From positions 68,798 through 100,797 of the forward strand of contig CAYJVY010000003.1 of the NCBI GenBank assembly GCA_964373795.1: a stretch of 32,000 bases of DNA, in the 5' to 3' direction. This document shows positions 1 through 9,411 of the stretch, in pieces (position 1 is the first letter of the stretch; the number at the start of each line of letters is the position of its first letter). This DNA comes from an uncultured archaeon. GTDB lineage: Archaea > Iainarchaeota > Iainarchaeia > Iainarchaeales > DATDZZ01. The translations under genes were made by a program, and so were the position numbers. The notes beneath the pieces are model-generated. The model did no database searches, was not told the origin of the DNA, and worked only from the letters and a program-made list of their open reading frames with translations.

Positions 1-58
1 TTTCCAAAAATTGAGTTTTCAATAATAAAATGCATTTAAATCTTTTTAATTGAATTGC

Positions 59-135
59 TTCGCACGTCGAGCGCGAACCGTTCGGCTGGTTAGGCCAATG
101 CCAACACTGGTATTCAGATCAGTCGGATGTGGTGG
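59..135 (-). repeat. GC-rich intergenic island, degenerate member of the mosaic repeat family (copy E; strand is relative to copy A)
   Basis: G+C-rich stretch abutting the sppA stop codon (136-138) in AT-rich surroundings. It contains the hairpin CGCAC-GTCGA-GCGCG (61-75, one mismatch). Its loop GTCGA and stem pattern match the hairpin at 25441-25455. Similarity to other copies is weak outside that module. Confidence 0.5.
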
Positions 136-1104
136 CTAGCTTTGAATTCCTTTTAATTGGCTTTCTTCTTTAAAGGAGGTGCGAAATCCTTTTCCAAATG
201 CATATCCTAGTTCTGAAAATAATTGATTGAAACTAAATTCTTTTTCACTGTAATTAACTATTTCAGGAGATTCAATGCCTGCAAGTTCTGTTGCCCTATT
301 AATTGCTGTTTGCTTGTTTCCAAGAAAATCAATTAATCCGTGTTCTTTTGCTTGTTTTCCTGATAAAATTCTTCCATCAGTTATTTCATCAAAGGAAGGC
401 TTTAATCTTTCTCCGCGGAATTTTTTAATGTCTCCTTTAAAGTTTTCATAGGCTTGTCTTAAAATATCTTGAAAGATTTTTTCTTCTTCTGCAGTTAAGT
501 CTTTGAAAGGTGAGCCAATTGCTTTGAATTTTCCTTCCTTAAGAATTGTTACTTTTACTCCGTGTTTTTCAAGTAATTCTTTTAAATTAATTAATTCAGT
601 TATTACTCCAATTGATCCAGTTAAAGAATCTTCATCTGCCACGATTTCATCTGATGCAGCTGCAATATAGTAACCTCCTGATGCTCCGATGTCTGAAATA
701 AATGCTACTATTGGTTTGTTTACGTCTCTTATTTCTTGAACTATTTGCTTTGTTGCAATAACTCCTCCTCCAGGGGAATTAATTTCTAAAACAATTGCGC
801 CAACACTTGAATCCGCATTTGCATCTTTAATGTTTTGAATAACTCTTTCAACGCTTAAAGTTGACTCTAAATTGCTTTCCTCTAATGAAATCACTCCTTT
901 AACTGGAATTACAGCTATTTTGTATGGCTTGAATAAATTAAAAGAATTTTTTTGAGAGCTTGCTCCTAAGCCGGCTAAAACAATTACGCTAACAACAATC
1001 AACACAATTAATACTATAGCTCCTATTACTGCAATTGGAACAATTAATGGAATATTTAATTTGTTTTCTTTTTTGTGAAACATTTTAATCAGTTGAATAA
1101 TCAT
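136..1104 (-). CDS. sppA: Signal peptide peptidase SppA (36K type, ClpP/crotonase-like serine peptidase)
   Basis: 322-aa ORF with an N-terminal TM helix, then SppA-like motifs NSPGGG and SDIGASGGYYIA (Ser nucleophile region) and GKFKAIGSPF (Lys region). Confidence 0.85.
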   Translation of the reverse strand: MIIQLIKMFHKKENKLNIPLIVPIAVIGAIVLIVLIVVSVIVLAGLGASSQKNSFNLFKPYKIAVIPVKGVISLEESNLESTLSVERVIQNIKDANADSSVGAIVLEINSPGGGVIATKQIVQEIRDVNKPIVAFISDIGASGGYYIAAASDEIVADEDSLTGSIGVITELINLKELLEKHGVKVTILKEGKFKAIGSPFKDLTAEEEKIFQDILRQAYENFKGDIKKFRGERLKPSFDEITDGRILSGKQAKEHGLIDFLGNKQTAINRATELAGIESPEIVNYSEKEFSFNQLFSELGYAFGKGFRTSFKEESQLKGIQS

Positions 1105-1159
1105 TTTTAAGACTAATTATTTATAAATTGTTTAAAAGAAATGCTTTTAATTTTAGGTA

Positions 1160-1678
1160 GTGGGTTTTTTGATTAATTTTTTGATTTTAGCGTTATATAT
1201 TATTCCAATGTATGCAGCAAATCCTTCTGCAATGTTTTTTGGAGGAAAAACTCCTTTAGATTTGAACAAGAAGTTTTTTGATGGCAAACCTTTTTTTGGA
1301 AAAGGTAAAACCTTTAAAGGAACTTTTTTTGGAATTCTTGCAGGAATTATTGCAACTCTTTTATTGAATCAAGTAATGATTTTTTATTCAATTAGTTTTC
1401 CAGCCAATTATTTATATTTTGGAGTTTTAGCTTCAATTGGCGCGATTTTAGGAGACATTGTCGGAAGCTTTATTAAGCGAAGACTTGGAATAGAATCTGG
1501 AAAAGAGTCCCCAATATTGGATCAATTGGATTTTGTTATAGGAGGAATGATTTTGGCTTTCCCTATTTATGTTCCTGAATTAATTGAAATAATTATTTTA
1601 ATTATTGCTACTTTAATCTTTCATAGACTGGCAAACTTTGTTGCATTTAAATTGAAGTTAAAAAAAGTTCCTTACTGA
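1160..1678 (+). CDS. carS: CDP-archaeol synthase (CDP-2,3-bis-O-geranylgeranyl-sn-glycerol synthase, DUF46 family)
   Basis: 172-aa polytopic membrane ORF with a GTG start. It is collinear with archaeal CarS: NPSAMFFGGKTPLD, GKGKTFKGT, GDIVGSFIKRRLG, PILDQLDF and a C-terminal KLKKVPY. Confidence 0.85.
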   Translation: MGFLINFLILALYIIPMYAANPSAMFFGGKTPLDLNKKFFDGKPFFGKGKTFKGTFFGILAGIIATLLLNQVMIFYSISFPANYLYFGVLASIGAILGDIVGSFIKRRLGIESGKESPILDQLDFVIGGMILAFPIYVPELIEIIILIIATLIFHRLANFVAFKLKLKKVPY

Positions 1679-1683
1679 GTTTC

Positions 1684-2181
1684 ATGGAATTAAAAAATTT
1701 TTTGGAAAAAAAGTCAATTGTTTTTTTACTAAAGTTTTTCATAATTTTTTTCTTTCTTCAATGGCTTATTTTTTTTCTAGATATTTCTTTTATTCAGAAA
1801 TGGGTTGCATTAATTGAAGGAAAATTTCTTGGCTTGCCAGTTCAAGGAATACTTGTTTTTGTTGGTCAACAGCCTTTCGAGATTAGCGTTAATTGCACTG
1901 GATTGATTTCTGCTGGAATTTTGGCTTCAATAATTTTTTCCTTGAAAAAGCCTGGCATTAAGTTAAAGCTTGCAACTTTTTTTTTGGGAGGAATTGCATT
2001 GTTTTTTGCAAACCTTGTAAGAGTTTACTTTGTATTAGTTTTTGCTCAAATATTTTCTGTTCAAGCAGCGGAATTAGTTCACATTATTAGTTGGTTTGCA
2101 ATGTCTGTTTTAATTTTGTTGTTGTGGTATTATTCTTCAAAAGTTTTTACTGGAATTAAAAGTTTTGAAGGATTCTTGTAG
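1684..2181 (+). CDS. Short archaeosortase/exosortase-family membrane protein
   Basis: 165-aa polytopic ORF 5 nt downstream of carS. It has the ordered Cys/Arg/His signature of the exosortase-archaeosortase core: VNCTGLIS, then ANLVRVYF about 40 aa later, then LVHIISWF about 30 aa later. It is much shorter than ArtA-type enzymes. Confidence 0.55.
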   Translation: MELKNFLEKKSIVFLLKFFIIFFFLQWLIFFLDISFIQKWVALIEGKFLGLPVQGILVFVGQQPFEISVNCTGLISAGILASIIFSLKKPGIKLKLATFFLGGIALFFANLVRVYFVLVFAQIFSVQAAELVHIISWFAMSVLILLLWYYSSKVFTGIKSFEGFL

Positions 2182-2200
2182 ATAAAAATATTTATTTGAT

Positions 2201-3841
2201 TTAGTTTTTCTTTAAAACTGTTTTCATGATTTCAGAAAATGCTGGGCGAGCAATTGTTACTGCAAGAATTGCTCCGGAAATTGTTACAATTGCAAATCCA
2301 ACTAGTTTTCCTAATCCTACTCCAAATAAAATTATTGGAAGCATTGTTGCAATAACAGTGACTGTTGCAACAATTATTATGAAGAAAGCTTTTTTTGCTC
2401 TTTCAATTAAAGTGTATTCTCCTGCTATTTCTCCCCCTCTAAGTAATTCATCTGTTATTAATATTTGATGGTCAACTCCTGTTCCAACTACTGCTAGGAT
2501 TCCTGCAACAGATCCCAAGTCTAGATTCCAATTAATTAGTGAAGCAAATCCTAGAATCATTATTACTTCACTTATTCCAGTTAAAATAATTGGAATTGCA
2601 AGTTTTAATATTCTGTATCTAATGAATAAAACTAATGCTACTACTAGAATTGCAAGTGCTCCAATAAATATTGCACTGCTAAGTGATTCTTTTCCAAATG
2701 TTGGAGAAATTGATTCTTTTGAAATATCCTCTACTCCTATTGGAAGGCTTCCGGTTTCTAATACAACTCTTAAGCCTTCTAATTCTTTTCTAGAACTTTC
2801 AGCAGTAGCAGAAAATCCTCTAATAACTAAAGAAGAGTTAACTTGAGAATCTTCAACTCTTGCAATAAATGGTTGATTGCCTGTAATATCTGGATTTAAA
2901 GAAATAATATTTCTTGCGCCTGTGGCAGTCCAAATCCAGGGCTGTGGAGGAATTTCTTTAACTTCTTTTACAATGAATCCAATTTCTTTTAATTTTTCTT
3001 TAATGCTTGAACTAACGCCTGAATGAATTAATGCGTATTTGTTTTCTTTTTTTGCCTCACTTAATTCTTGTACTTGTTGAAGACTTAGATTCGCGTCTAC
3101 AAGGAATTCTTTTACTCCTGAATTTAATAATAATTCTTCAATTCGTGTTTGAGGAGGAATTCCTTCAGAGTCAATTCCTGTAAACAATTCGTTTTTGTTT
3201 TTTTCAAAAACTGTTCTAGGAATAATTAAAACACTTTTTTTTGGCTTGTCAATAAAGAAATATGTTTCACTGCAATTAAATGCGTTTCCAGAAGAAGGAT
3301 CCAATCCAGTTAAAGTGCATTTATGAAATATTTCTTTTGAAAACTTTTTAGCTCCGTCTTCAGTTAAAGTGAAAGGTAGAATCCAAACAAATTGATTTCC
3401 TTGAGGAGCAAATCCATATCCTTTTTGAGGGTCTCCTATTACTCTGAAAATATCTTCTCCTTCTAAAATTTTTTTTCCTTCAAGCATTACTTCAAATTTC
3501 CCTTGCGATAAAATTAGTGTTTTAAGGCTTTCAACTGTTTGAGGATCTGTTTCAGCTATTTGAGCTTGAATAAATTCAAATCCTTGGGTTTCATTTCCAA
3601 TTGTGGTTACTCTTGCATCTTTTAATCCAGTCCAATCCAATCTTTTTTGAATAGTGTTTTGAATTTGATTTGCTAGTTCCACGTCTTTTATTGGCTCAGA
3701 TAATTGAATTAAGAAAAGCGTTCCTCCAGAGAAATCAATTCCAAAACTAATTCCTTTAAAGAAAATTAATCCTAAAGCAATTAATACGACTGCAACCCAT
3801 ACAATGATTTTCCAATTCTTTGCAATTTTTTCAAAATTCAT
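2201..3841 (-). CDS. secD: Protein-export membrane protein SecD
   Basis: 546 aa: N-terminal TM, a large extracytoplasmic domain, and a C-terminal 5-TM bundle with the SecD-like motif VGTGVDHQILITDE. The start overlaps the secF stop by 4 nt (ATGA), as in archaeal secF-secD operons. Confidence 0.85.
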   Translation of the reverse strand: MNFEKIAKNWKIIVWVAVVLIALGLIFFKGISFGIDFSGGTLFLIQLSEPIKDVELANQIQNTIQKRLDWTGLKDARVTTIGNETQGFEFIQAQIAETDPQTVESLKTLILSQGKFEVMLEGKKILEGEDIFRVIGDPQKGYGFAPQGNQFVWILPFTLTEDGAKKFSKEIFHKCTLTGLDPSSGNAFNCSETYFFIDKPKKSVLIIPRTVFEKNKNELFTGIDSEGIPPQTRIEELLLNSGVKEFLVDANLSLQQVQELSEAKKENKYALIHSGVSSSIKEKLKEIGFIVKEVKEIPPQPWIWTATGARNIISLNPDITGNQPFIARVEDSQVNSSLVIRGFSATAESSRKELEGLRVVLETGSLPIGVEDISKESISPTFGKESLSSAIFIGALAILVVALVLFIRYRILKLAIPIILTGISEVIMILGFASLINWNLDLGSVAGILAVVGTGVDHQILITDELLRGGEIAGEYTLIERAKKAFFIIIVATVTVIATMLPIILFGVGLGKLVGFAIVTISGAILAVTIARPAFSEIMKTVLKKN

Positions 3842-4884
3842 TTGATTCCCTTTTTTTCAGTATAGTAAAGTAATATTGGGGCATTCATTAACCATGTTGA
3901 AATAATGTCTGCAAATAATCCGAATAAAATAACTATTGCTATTTCAAAAATAAAATTAATTTGATTTAAGTAACTTATTACAACCATTACAGTAATTGCT
4001 GCAATAGTTGTAAGAGTCATTGTTAAACCTGTTTTCATTGCATCAAATGCTCTTTCTCTTGCATCCTTTTCATGCCTTTTTAATACTCTGTCAGTTAACA
4101 ATATATCTGTATCAACTGAGTAACCTATTAGCATTAACAATGCGGTTATAGTGCTTAAACCTAGAGGGATTTTGAATACACTCATTAATCCAAGCGCTCC
4201 AAGAATATCAAATGCTGCTGCTCCAATTACTGCTGCACTTGGAATAAATTCTCTAAAGAAAAAGAAAATACTTATTACAACTAAAACAAATCCAATTAAT
4301 GCTACTTTAAGAGCTGACTCCCAGAAAACCGATCCAAAAGTTGGAGGAACATCATCTACAGTAAAACTAATTTTTTCATTTGAATTAATTGTTGAAAGAA
4401 TTGTTTTCTCCAAACTTAATTGAAGTGCTTGCTTTGAATTCAAAAAAGCTTTATTAGTGAAGGCAAATAATTCTTCTGCATTAAGTCCTTCTTCTGGAAC
4501 ATCTGAATAAAAATTTTTAATTTGCTCTAAAACTTTTTTTGAATAATTTTTTGATTCCTCAGGATTTGAATTCAATAACTCTTTTGCTTTCCCTAAATTG
4601 TTTTTTGCTTGTTCTAAGGTTTTGTTTTGAGCATAAGAAATAATTAATCCCTTACCTGTTTTAAGTACCTCTAAATCCTTTAAATTAAAATTTTTTTCCA
4701 AAGAAGACTTAATTAGTTCTGCATTTGTTTGCTCGGGAATTCCTCTAACAGTAATAGTTGTTCCGCCAATTAAGTCTTTTCCTTTCTCTATTCCAGGGGA
4801 AACAAATATAAAAAATAAAAATATAATTGCAAGCATCAAAGTAATTATTGGGAAAAACTTGTAATTGAATTTAAATATGTTCAT
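3838..4884 (-). CDS. secF: Protein-export membrane protein SecF
   Basis: 348 aa: N-terminal TM, an extracytoplasmic domain, and a C-terminal TM bundle with the SecF signature IGYSVDTDILLTDR. It lies upstream of secD and is translationally coupled to it. Confidence 0.85.
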   Translation of the reverse strand: MNIFKFNYKFFPIITLMLAIIFLFFIFVSPGIEKGKDLIGGTTITVRGIPEQTNAELIKSSLEKNFNLKDLEVLKTGKGLIISYAQNKTLEQAKNNLGKAKELLNSNPEESKNYSKKVLEQIKNFYSDVPEEGLNAEELFAFTNKAFLNSKQALQLSLEKTILSTINSNEKISFTVDDVPPTFGSVFWESALKVALIGFVLVVISIFFFFREFIPSAAVIGAAAFDILGALGLMSVFKIPLGLSTITALLMLIGYSVDTDILLTDRVLKRHEKDARERAFDAMKTGLTMTLTTIAAITVMVVISYLNQINFIFEIAIVILFGLFADIISTWLMNAPILLYYTEKKGIK

Positions 4885-4975
4885 TTTATTTCACAAAATT
4901 AAGTAAATTGTTTTAATTGAATATTATATTAACTTGTTGTTAATTGAATTAATAAGAAAAGCATTTTAAAGATTT

Positions 4976-6007
4976 GTGGGGAATGAAATGCAATTAAATT
5001 ATATTTTTAAAGCCAATGATTTACTTGATAACGCGTTTAGAAAAGCAAGAAAAGAATCCTCTAATTTAAAGAAAGTGCCTTTTAAAGTTCAAAACTTTAA
5101 AGTAATTAATGCAAAAACTGCGGAAAAAATTAAAATTGAAACAGCAGGAAATTATTTAATTGACAGATTAAATGAATTAGTTAAAGGCACTGTAAACTTT
5201 GAAGAATTACATCCATTTTATAGAGAAATATTAGAGGTAACAATCGATGTAATTGCTTTAAAGAAAGCTCTTTCACAGTTTAATAAAGTAGTAAAAATAA
5301 TTAAAAAAATTAAAAGAGAATCCATTAAAAAACTTCATCAAATAAAAACTGAAAAAGAGCTTAGAAGGTTTTCAGAAATAACTAACCAGTTTTATGGCCG
5401 AGCATCATCTTTAATTAAAAGCCTTGACTCAAGCATTGAAGTTATAATTGATTGTAGAACAAAATTAATCGAGTTTCCAAAAATTAAGTTTGATTTGCCT
5501 TCAATTATTTTATCAGGCTTTCCTAATACGGGCAAGACAACTATTTTGAAAAGGTTAACTGGAGCAAAAGCAGAAATAAACGTTTATCCTTTTACAACTA
5601 AGTCATTAAAGCTAGGGTATTATGTTTTTCACTATCTAGAGATTCAAGTAATTGATACTCCTGGATTGTTGGATAGGCCTTTAGATAAAAGAAACAATAT
5701 TGAAAAAAAAGCCTTAACTGCATTAAAGCATTTAGGAAACTTAATAGTATTCATTGCTGATCCGACAGAAGAATGTGGGTATGAAATTGAAGAACAATTT
5801 AATTTATTTCAAGAAGTGAAAAAAGAGTTTCAATCTCCTTTAATTTTAGTTTTCAATAAAATGGATTTAGCAAAAAGCGAACAACTAGAAAAAGCAAGAA
5901 ACTTGTTTAATGAAAAATTTATTGAAACAGGAGAAGGAATTCAAGACAATTTGAGTGAAGAAATTTATAATAAATTAAAAACCTCGATTAGTTTACAGGC
6001 AAAATAA
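4976..6007 (+). CDS. NOG1-family GTP-binding protein (ribosome-biogenesis type GTPase)
   Basis: 343 aa with a NOG1 N-terminal region (ELHPFYREIL) followed by G1 GFPNTGKTT, G3 DTPGLLDRP and G4 NKMD. The track start is GTG at 4976. An in-frame ATG at 4988 preceded by GGGG is an alternative start. Confidence 0.8.
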   Translation: MGNEMQLNYIFKANDLLDNAFRKARKESSNLKKVPFKVQNFKVINAKTAEKIKIETAGNYLIDRLNELVKGTVNFEELHPFYREILEVTIDVIALKKALSQFNKVVKIIKKIKRESIKKLHQIKTEKELRRFSEITNQFYGRASSLIKSLDSSIEVIIDCRTKLIEFPKIKFDLPSIILSGFPNTGKTTILKRLTGAKAEINVYPFTTKSLKLGYYVFHYLEIQVIDTPGLLDRPLDKRNNIEKKALTALKHLGNLIVFIADPTEECGYEIEEQFNLFQEVKKEFQSPLILVFNKMDLAKSEQLEKARNLFNEKFIETGEGIQDNLSEEIYNKLKTSISLQAK

Positions 6008-6042
6008 TTTCTAATTTAAGGATTTCCTTTCAATAATTATTT

Positions 6043-8208
6043 ATGAATGTAGAAGAAATTGTATTAAAATGCAATTCATTTAACGAATTTAATGAAATGC
6101 AGAAAACTGCTTTGCAAAAAGGTTTGTTTGAAAAATCAATGATTGTTTCAAGTCCAACTGCTTCAGGGAAAACAGTTTTAGCAGAATTAACTGCTTTGAA
6201 TTCAATTTTAAACAATAAAGCAAAGGTTGTCTACACTTGTCCTTTGAAGGCTTTAGCTTCAGAGCATTTCACTGACTTTAAAAAAAAATATTCAAAGAAT
6301 TTAAAGATTAAAACAATTATTTCTACTGGAGACTTTGATTCTAGTTCAAGTCATTTAAGTAAATTTGATTTAATTTTTTCAACTTATGAAAAAATTGAGT
6401 CATTAATTAGACATAAATCTTCTTGGCTTTCAAGCATTGGGTTATTAATTGTGGATGAAATTCATGAAATTGATTCAGATAGAGGGCCAACTTTGGAAAT
6501 GCTTGTAACAAAGCTTAGATTAATGAATCCTTCAATGAGGGTTTTAGGTTTAAGTGCCACTATTCCAAATGCAAAAGAATTAAGTGAATGGCTTCAAGCA
6601 ACTTTAATTGAATCAAATTACAGGCCAATTCCTTTAAGTGAAGGAGTTTACTTTAATCAAGAAATAAAGTATTCAAAAAAAAATGAGTTAGTGGAAAAAG
6701 AAAAAGATTCTTTGAATGAATTAATTTTAAATACATTGAAGAAAGAAAAACAAGCACTAGTTTTTTGTAATTCAAGGAAACGCGCAGAAACAGTTGCTAG
6801 AAAAATTTCTCATTTAATTAAAAAACAATTAAATGAAAAACAATTAATTGAATTAAAAAATGAAGCTGAAAAAGTTTTAAATGCATTAGAACAACCTACA
6901 GAGCAATGTAAGAATTTATTTCAATTAATTGAACAAGGAATTGCTTTTCATCATGCAGGTTTAATGCAGGAACAAAGAACAATAATTGAAGAACTATTCA
7001 AGCAAGGAAAATTATTAGCTCTAACTTCTACTCCTACTTTAGCAGCCGGAGTTAATATTCCAGCTAACACAGTAATTATTCCGACAATTTATAGATATGG
7101 AAGATTTGGAATGGAGCCAATAACTGTTCGCGAATTCAAGCAAATGAGTGGAAGAGCTGGCAGGCCAAAATATGATGTTGAAGGAAGAACAATTTTGATT
7201 GCAAAAAATGAAATAGAACAAGAAGAATTAATGCATTCATATGTGAATGGAAAAATTGAAGAAATTACTTCAAAGCTTTCAATTGAACCAATTCTTAGAA
7301 CTCATTTGCTTTCATTAATTGCTTCAAACTTTGTTTTTGACTTGAATTCAATGGAGCAATTCTTTTCTAAAACATTTTATGCAAAACAATTCAAGGATTT
7401 AGCTCATTTGTTTTACAAATTAAATGATGTATTAAAGGAATTAATTGAAATGGATTTTATTCAAACAACTGAAAAAGGATTTAATGCAACAGTTTTAGGG
7501 CAAAGAGTTGCAGAACTATATTTAGATCCAATTACAGCTTTTAATTTAATTCAAGCACTTAAAAATAATAAAATTGGAAAAGAATTAAGCTATTTAATGC
7601 TTTTAAGTGATTCATTTGAGTTATATCCTTTTCCAAGCATTCCAAAATCACGAGAAGGAATTCTTTGGGCTGAATTAAGTGAAGCAAAAAAAGAATTATT
7701 TTTTGATTTAGATAGAAAAATGTTTGAAGACAACTCTATTTTGAATAAATTTTTTTTCTCTCAAATTTTAATGCAATGGTTAAATGAAGTTTCAGAAGAA
7801 AACTTGTTAAAAGAATTCAAAATCCAGCCAGGAATTTTGCGTTCAAAACTAGAAATAATTGACTGGCTGTTGTATTCATCAATTGAATTGGAAAAACTTT
7901 TAGAGCAATCAACTCACTTCAAGCCATTAACTGATTTAAGGCTTAGAGTGAAATACGGAATTAAATCTGAACTACTTTCATTAGTTCAACTTAAAAATAT
8001 TGGAAGAGTTAGGGCAAGGCTTTTATTCAAAAACCATTTGCGAACAATTAGCGATTTAAAGAAAACAGATTTAAATAATTTAAGCAGGATTTTAGGGCCA
8101 AAAATTGCTTTAAATGTAAAACATCAATTAGGCCAAGAAAAAGAAATAAATGAGAAAGAAATTCAAGTAAAACAAGTTGAAGGGCAATCAACTTTGGATG
8201 GGTTTTAA
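6043..8208 (+). CDS. hel308: Hel308/Ski2-like ATP-dependent DNA helicase
   Basis: 721 aa with Walker A SPTASGKT, DEIH box, SAT motif and motif VI QMSGRAGR. It also has winged-helix and ratchet regions and a C-terminal helix-hairpin-helix domain (LKNIGRVRARLL). Confidence 0.9.
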   Translation: MNVEEIVLKCNSFNEFNEMQKTALQKGLFEKSMIVSSPTASGKTVLAELTALNSILNNKAKVVYTCPLKALASEHFTDFKKKYSKNLKIKTIISTGDFDSSSSHLSKFDLIFSTYEKIESLIRHKSSWLSSIGLLIVDEIHEIDSDRGPTLEMLVTKLRLMNPSMRVLGLSATIPNAKELSEWLQATLIESNYRPIPLSEGVYFNQEIKYSKKNELVEKEKDSLNELILNTLKKEKQALVFCNSRKRAETVARKISHLIKKQLNEKQLIELKNEAEKVLNALEQPTEQCKNLFQLIEQGIAFHHAGLMQEQRTIIEELFKQGKLLALTSTPTLAAGVNIPANTVIIPTIYRYGRFGMEPITVREFKQMSGRAGRPKYDVEGRTILIAKNEIEQEELMHSYVNGKIEEITSKLSIEPILRTHLLSLIASNFVFDLNSMEQFFSKTFYAKQFKDLAHLFYKLNDVLKELIEMDFIQTTEKGFNATVLGQRVAELYLDPITAFNLIQALKNNKIGKELSYLMLLSDSFELYPFPSIPKSREGILWAELSEAKKELFFDLDRKMFEDNSILNKFFFSQILMQWLNEVSEENLLKEFKIQPGILRSKLEIIDWLLYSSIELEKLLEQSTHFKPLTDLRLRVKYGIKSELLSLVQLKNIGRVRARLLFKNHLRTISDLKKTDLNNLSRILGPKIALNVKHQLGQEKEINEKEIQVKQVEGQSTLDGF

Positions 8209-9411
8209 TTATTTGTTTACTTCTTTTTCAATTACTTCTCTAATTTTTTTTGCATCTAAATCCAATTTAATGAAACGTGTTTGTCCTTTATATCCTTGTC
8301 CAGAATTAGTTGTAACAATTAATCCATACATTTCTAATTCACTAACATATTGCCTATACCATCTAGAACTTATGGGATTTTCTTGATATCTTTTTGCAAG
8401 AGAAGAATATTCATTGAACACTTCTCCTGAAAAAACTAATTCTTTTTCTTCTTCCCCAGTTATTTTAGTTAAACCGCTTGAACGCATGCTTACATTGGCA
8501 ATTGCAAGTAAAACTAATTGTTCTTGAGTTGGAAGAGTTGAAATCATGTTAAAAATAATTTCTTCTTCAACTTTTTGCTTTGCTTCTAGTACTTGGACTT
8601 CCGAAACTTTTTGCAAAGAATTATTATCTGCTTGTTCTCCTGCTCTAAGTAAAAGCATTACTCCTGTCCTAGCATCTCCAGATTCTTTTGCTGCAATTGC
8701 TGCAGCTAAATTTATTGCTGGTTGTTCAACAGTGTTTTCCTTAAATGCTAGTTTAACTCTTTGTTTTAGTATTTCAGTTAATTCTTCTGCATTATATGGA
8801 GGAAAAACCATTTCATGTTCGCATAAACTGCTTTTAGTTCTAGGATCTAATCTGTCTTTAAACATTAAATTATTTGATACTCCTACAATTGAAATGCTTC
8901 CCTTTCCTATTTCATCGTTTGCTCTTGTAAGAGAATAAATTAATTCATCTAAATCCTTTACCTTGTCTATTTCATCTAAAACAATTATTACATCTCTTTC
9001 TGTTTCCTTCACAAATTCAATTAATTTTTCTAAAACAAATCCAGAACTATATCCTAAAAAGTTTTTATTAGGATAAAACTCGTTAACACATTTCAATAAA
9101 GCCCTGTATTTAGATGAATGGTTTCTGCAATTAACATAACAAGTTTTTATGTTAACCTTATTTTTTTCAGCAAATTCATTTAATTGCGATAAAACAAATT
9201 TAGTTACACTTGTTTTACCAGTTCCTGTTTTACCATATAGAAAAAGATTATTAGGTTTTTTTCTATTTAACACAGTTCCAAGAACTGAAGTAATTTCTTT
9301 TATTTGATTTTCTCTAAAAGGAAGTTCATTTGGAATGTAATGAGGCATTATTAAATTTCTGTCCTTAAAGACTGTTGGTTTTTCTAATTCGGCCTGAAAA
9401 ATATTTTCCAT
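8209..9411 (-). CDS. cdc6: Orc1/Cdc6 replication initiator (AAA+ with C-terminal winged helix)
   Basis: 400 aa with the conserved N-terminal FRENQ region, Walker A GKTGTGKT, Walker B VLDEID, sensor regions and a C-terminal winged-helix region. Its stop codon directly abuts the hel308 stop codon (8206-8208 / 8209-8211). Confidence 0.9.
   Translation of the reverse strand: MENIFQAELEKPTVFKDRNLIMPHYIPNELPFRENQIKEITSVLGTVLNRKKPNNLFLYGKTGTGKTSVTKFVLSQLNEFAEKNKVNIKTCYVNCRNHSSKYRALLKCVNEFYPNKNFLGYSSGFVLEKLIEFVKETERDVIIVLDEIDKVKDLDELIYSLTRANDEIGKGSISIVGVSNNLMFKDRLDPRTKSSLCEHEMVFPPYNAEELTEILKQRVKLAFKENTVEQPAINLAAAIAAKESGDARTGVMLLLRAGEQADNNSLQKVSEVQVLEAKQKVEEEIIFNMISTLPTQEQLVLLAIANVSMRSSGLTKITGEEEKELVFSGEVFNEYSSLAKRYQENPISSRWYRQYVSELEMYGLIVTTNSGQGYKGQTRFIKLDLDAKKIREVIEKEVNK

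Noticed and set aside
59-135. GC-rich islands as tRNA, split-tRNA halves, C/D-box or H/ACA sRNA genes
   Set aside because: I could not thread a cloverleaf on either strand: no GTTCRANYC T-loop with flanking stems, no D-arm, and no acceptor pairing. There is no RUGAUGA C box, although CTGA occurs, and no ACA-terminated hairpin-kink architecture. Mutual similarity of the islands fits a repeat family better.
2226-2846. Antisense ORFs inside secD (2226-2468, 2622-2846), plus similar shadow ORFs elsewhere: 4151-4423, 6030-6215, 7039-7221, 8177-8386, 8546-8938, 10244-10585, 15880-16143, 17585-17794, 18440-18661, 20402-20704, 20578-20850, 24740-24991, 25942-26250, 27336-27542, 27741-27962, 28134-28409, 28617-28805 and 30171-30368
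   Set aside because: Each lies entirely or mostly within, and antisense or out of frame to, a longer ORF with clear family motifs. Their translations are low-complexity with no recognisable domains.
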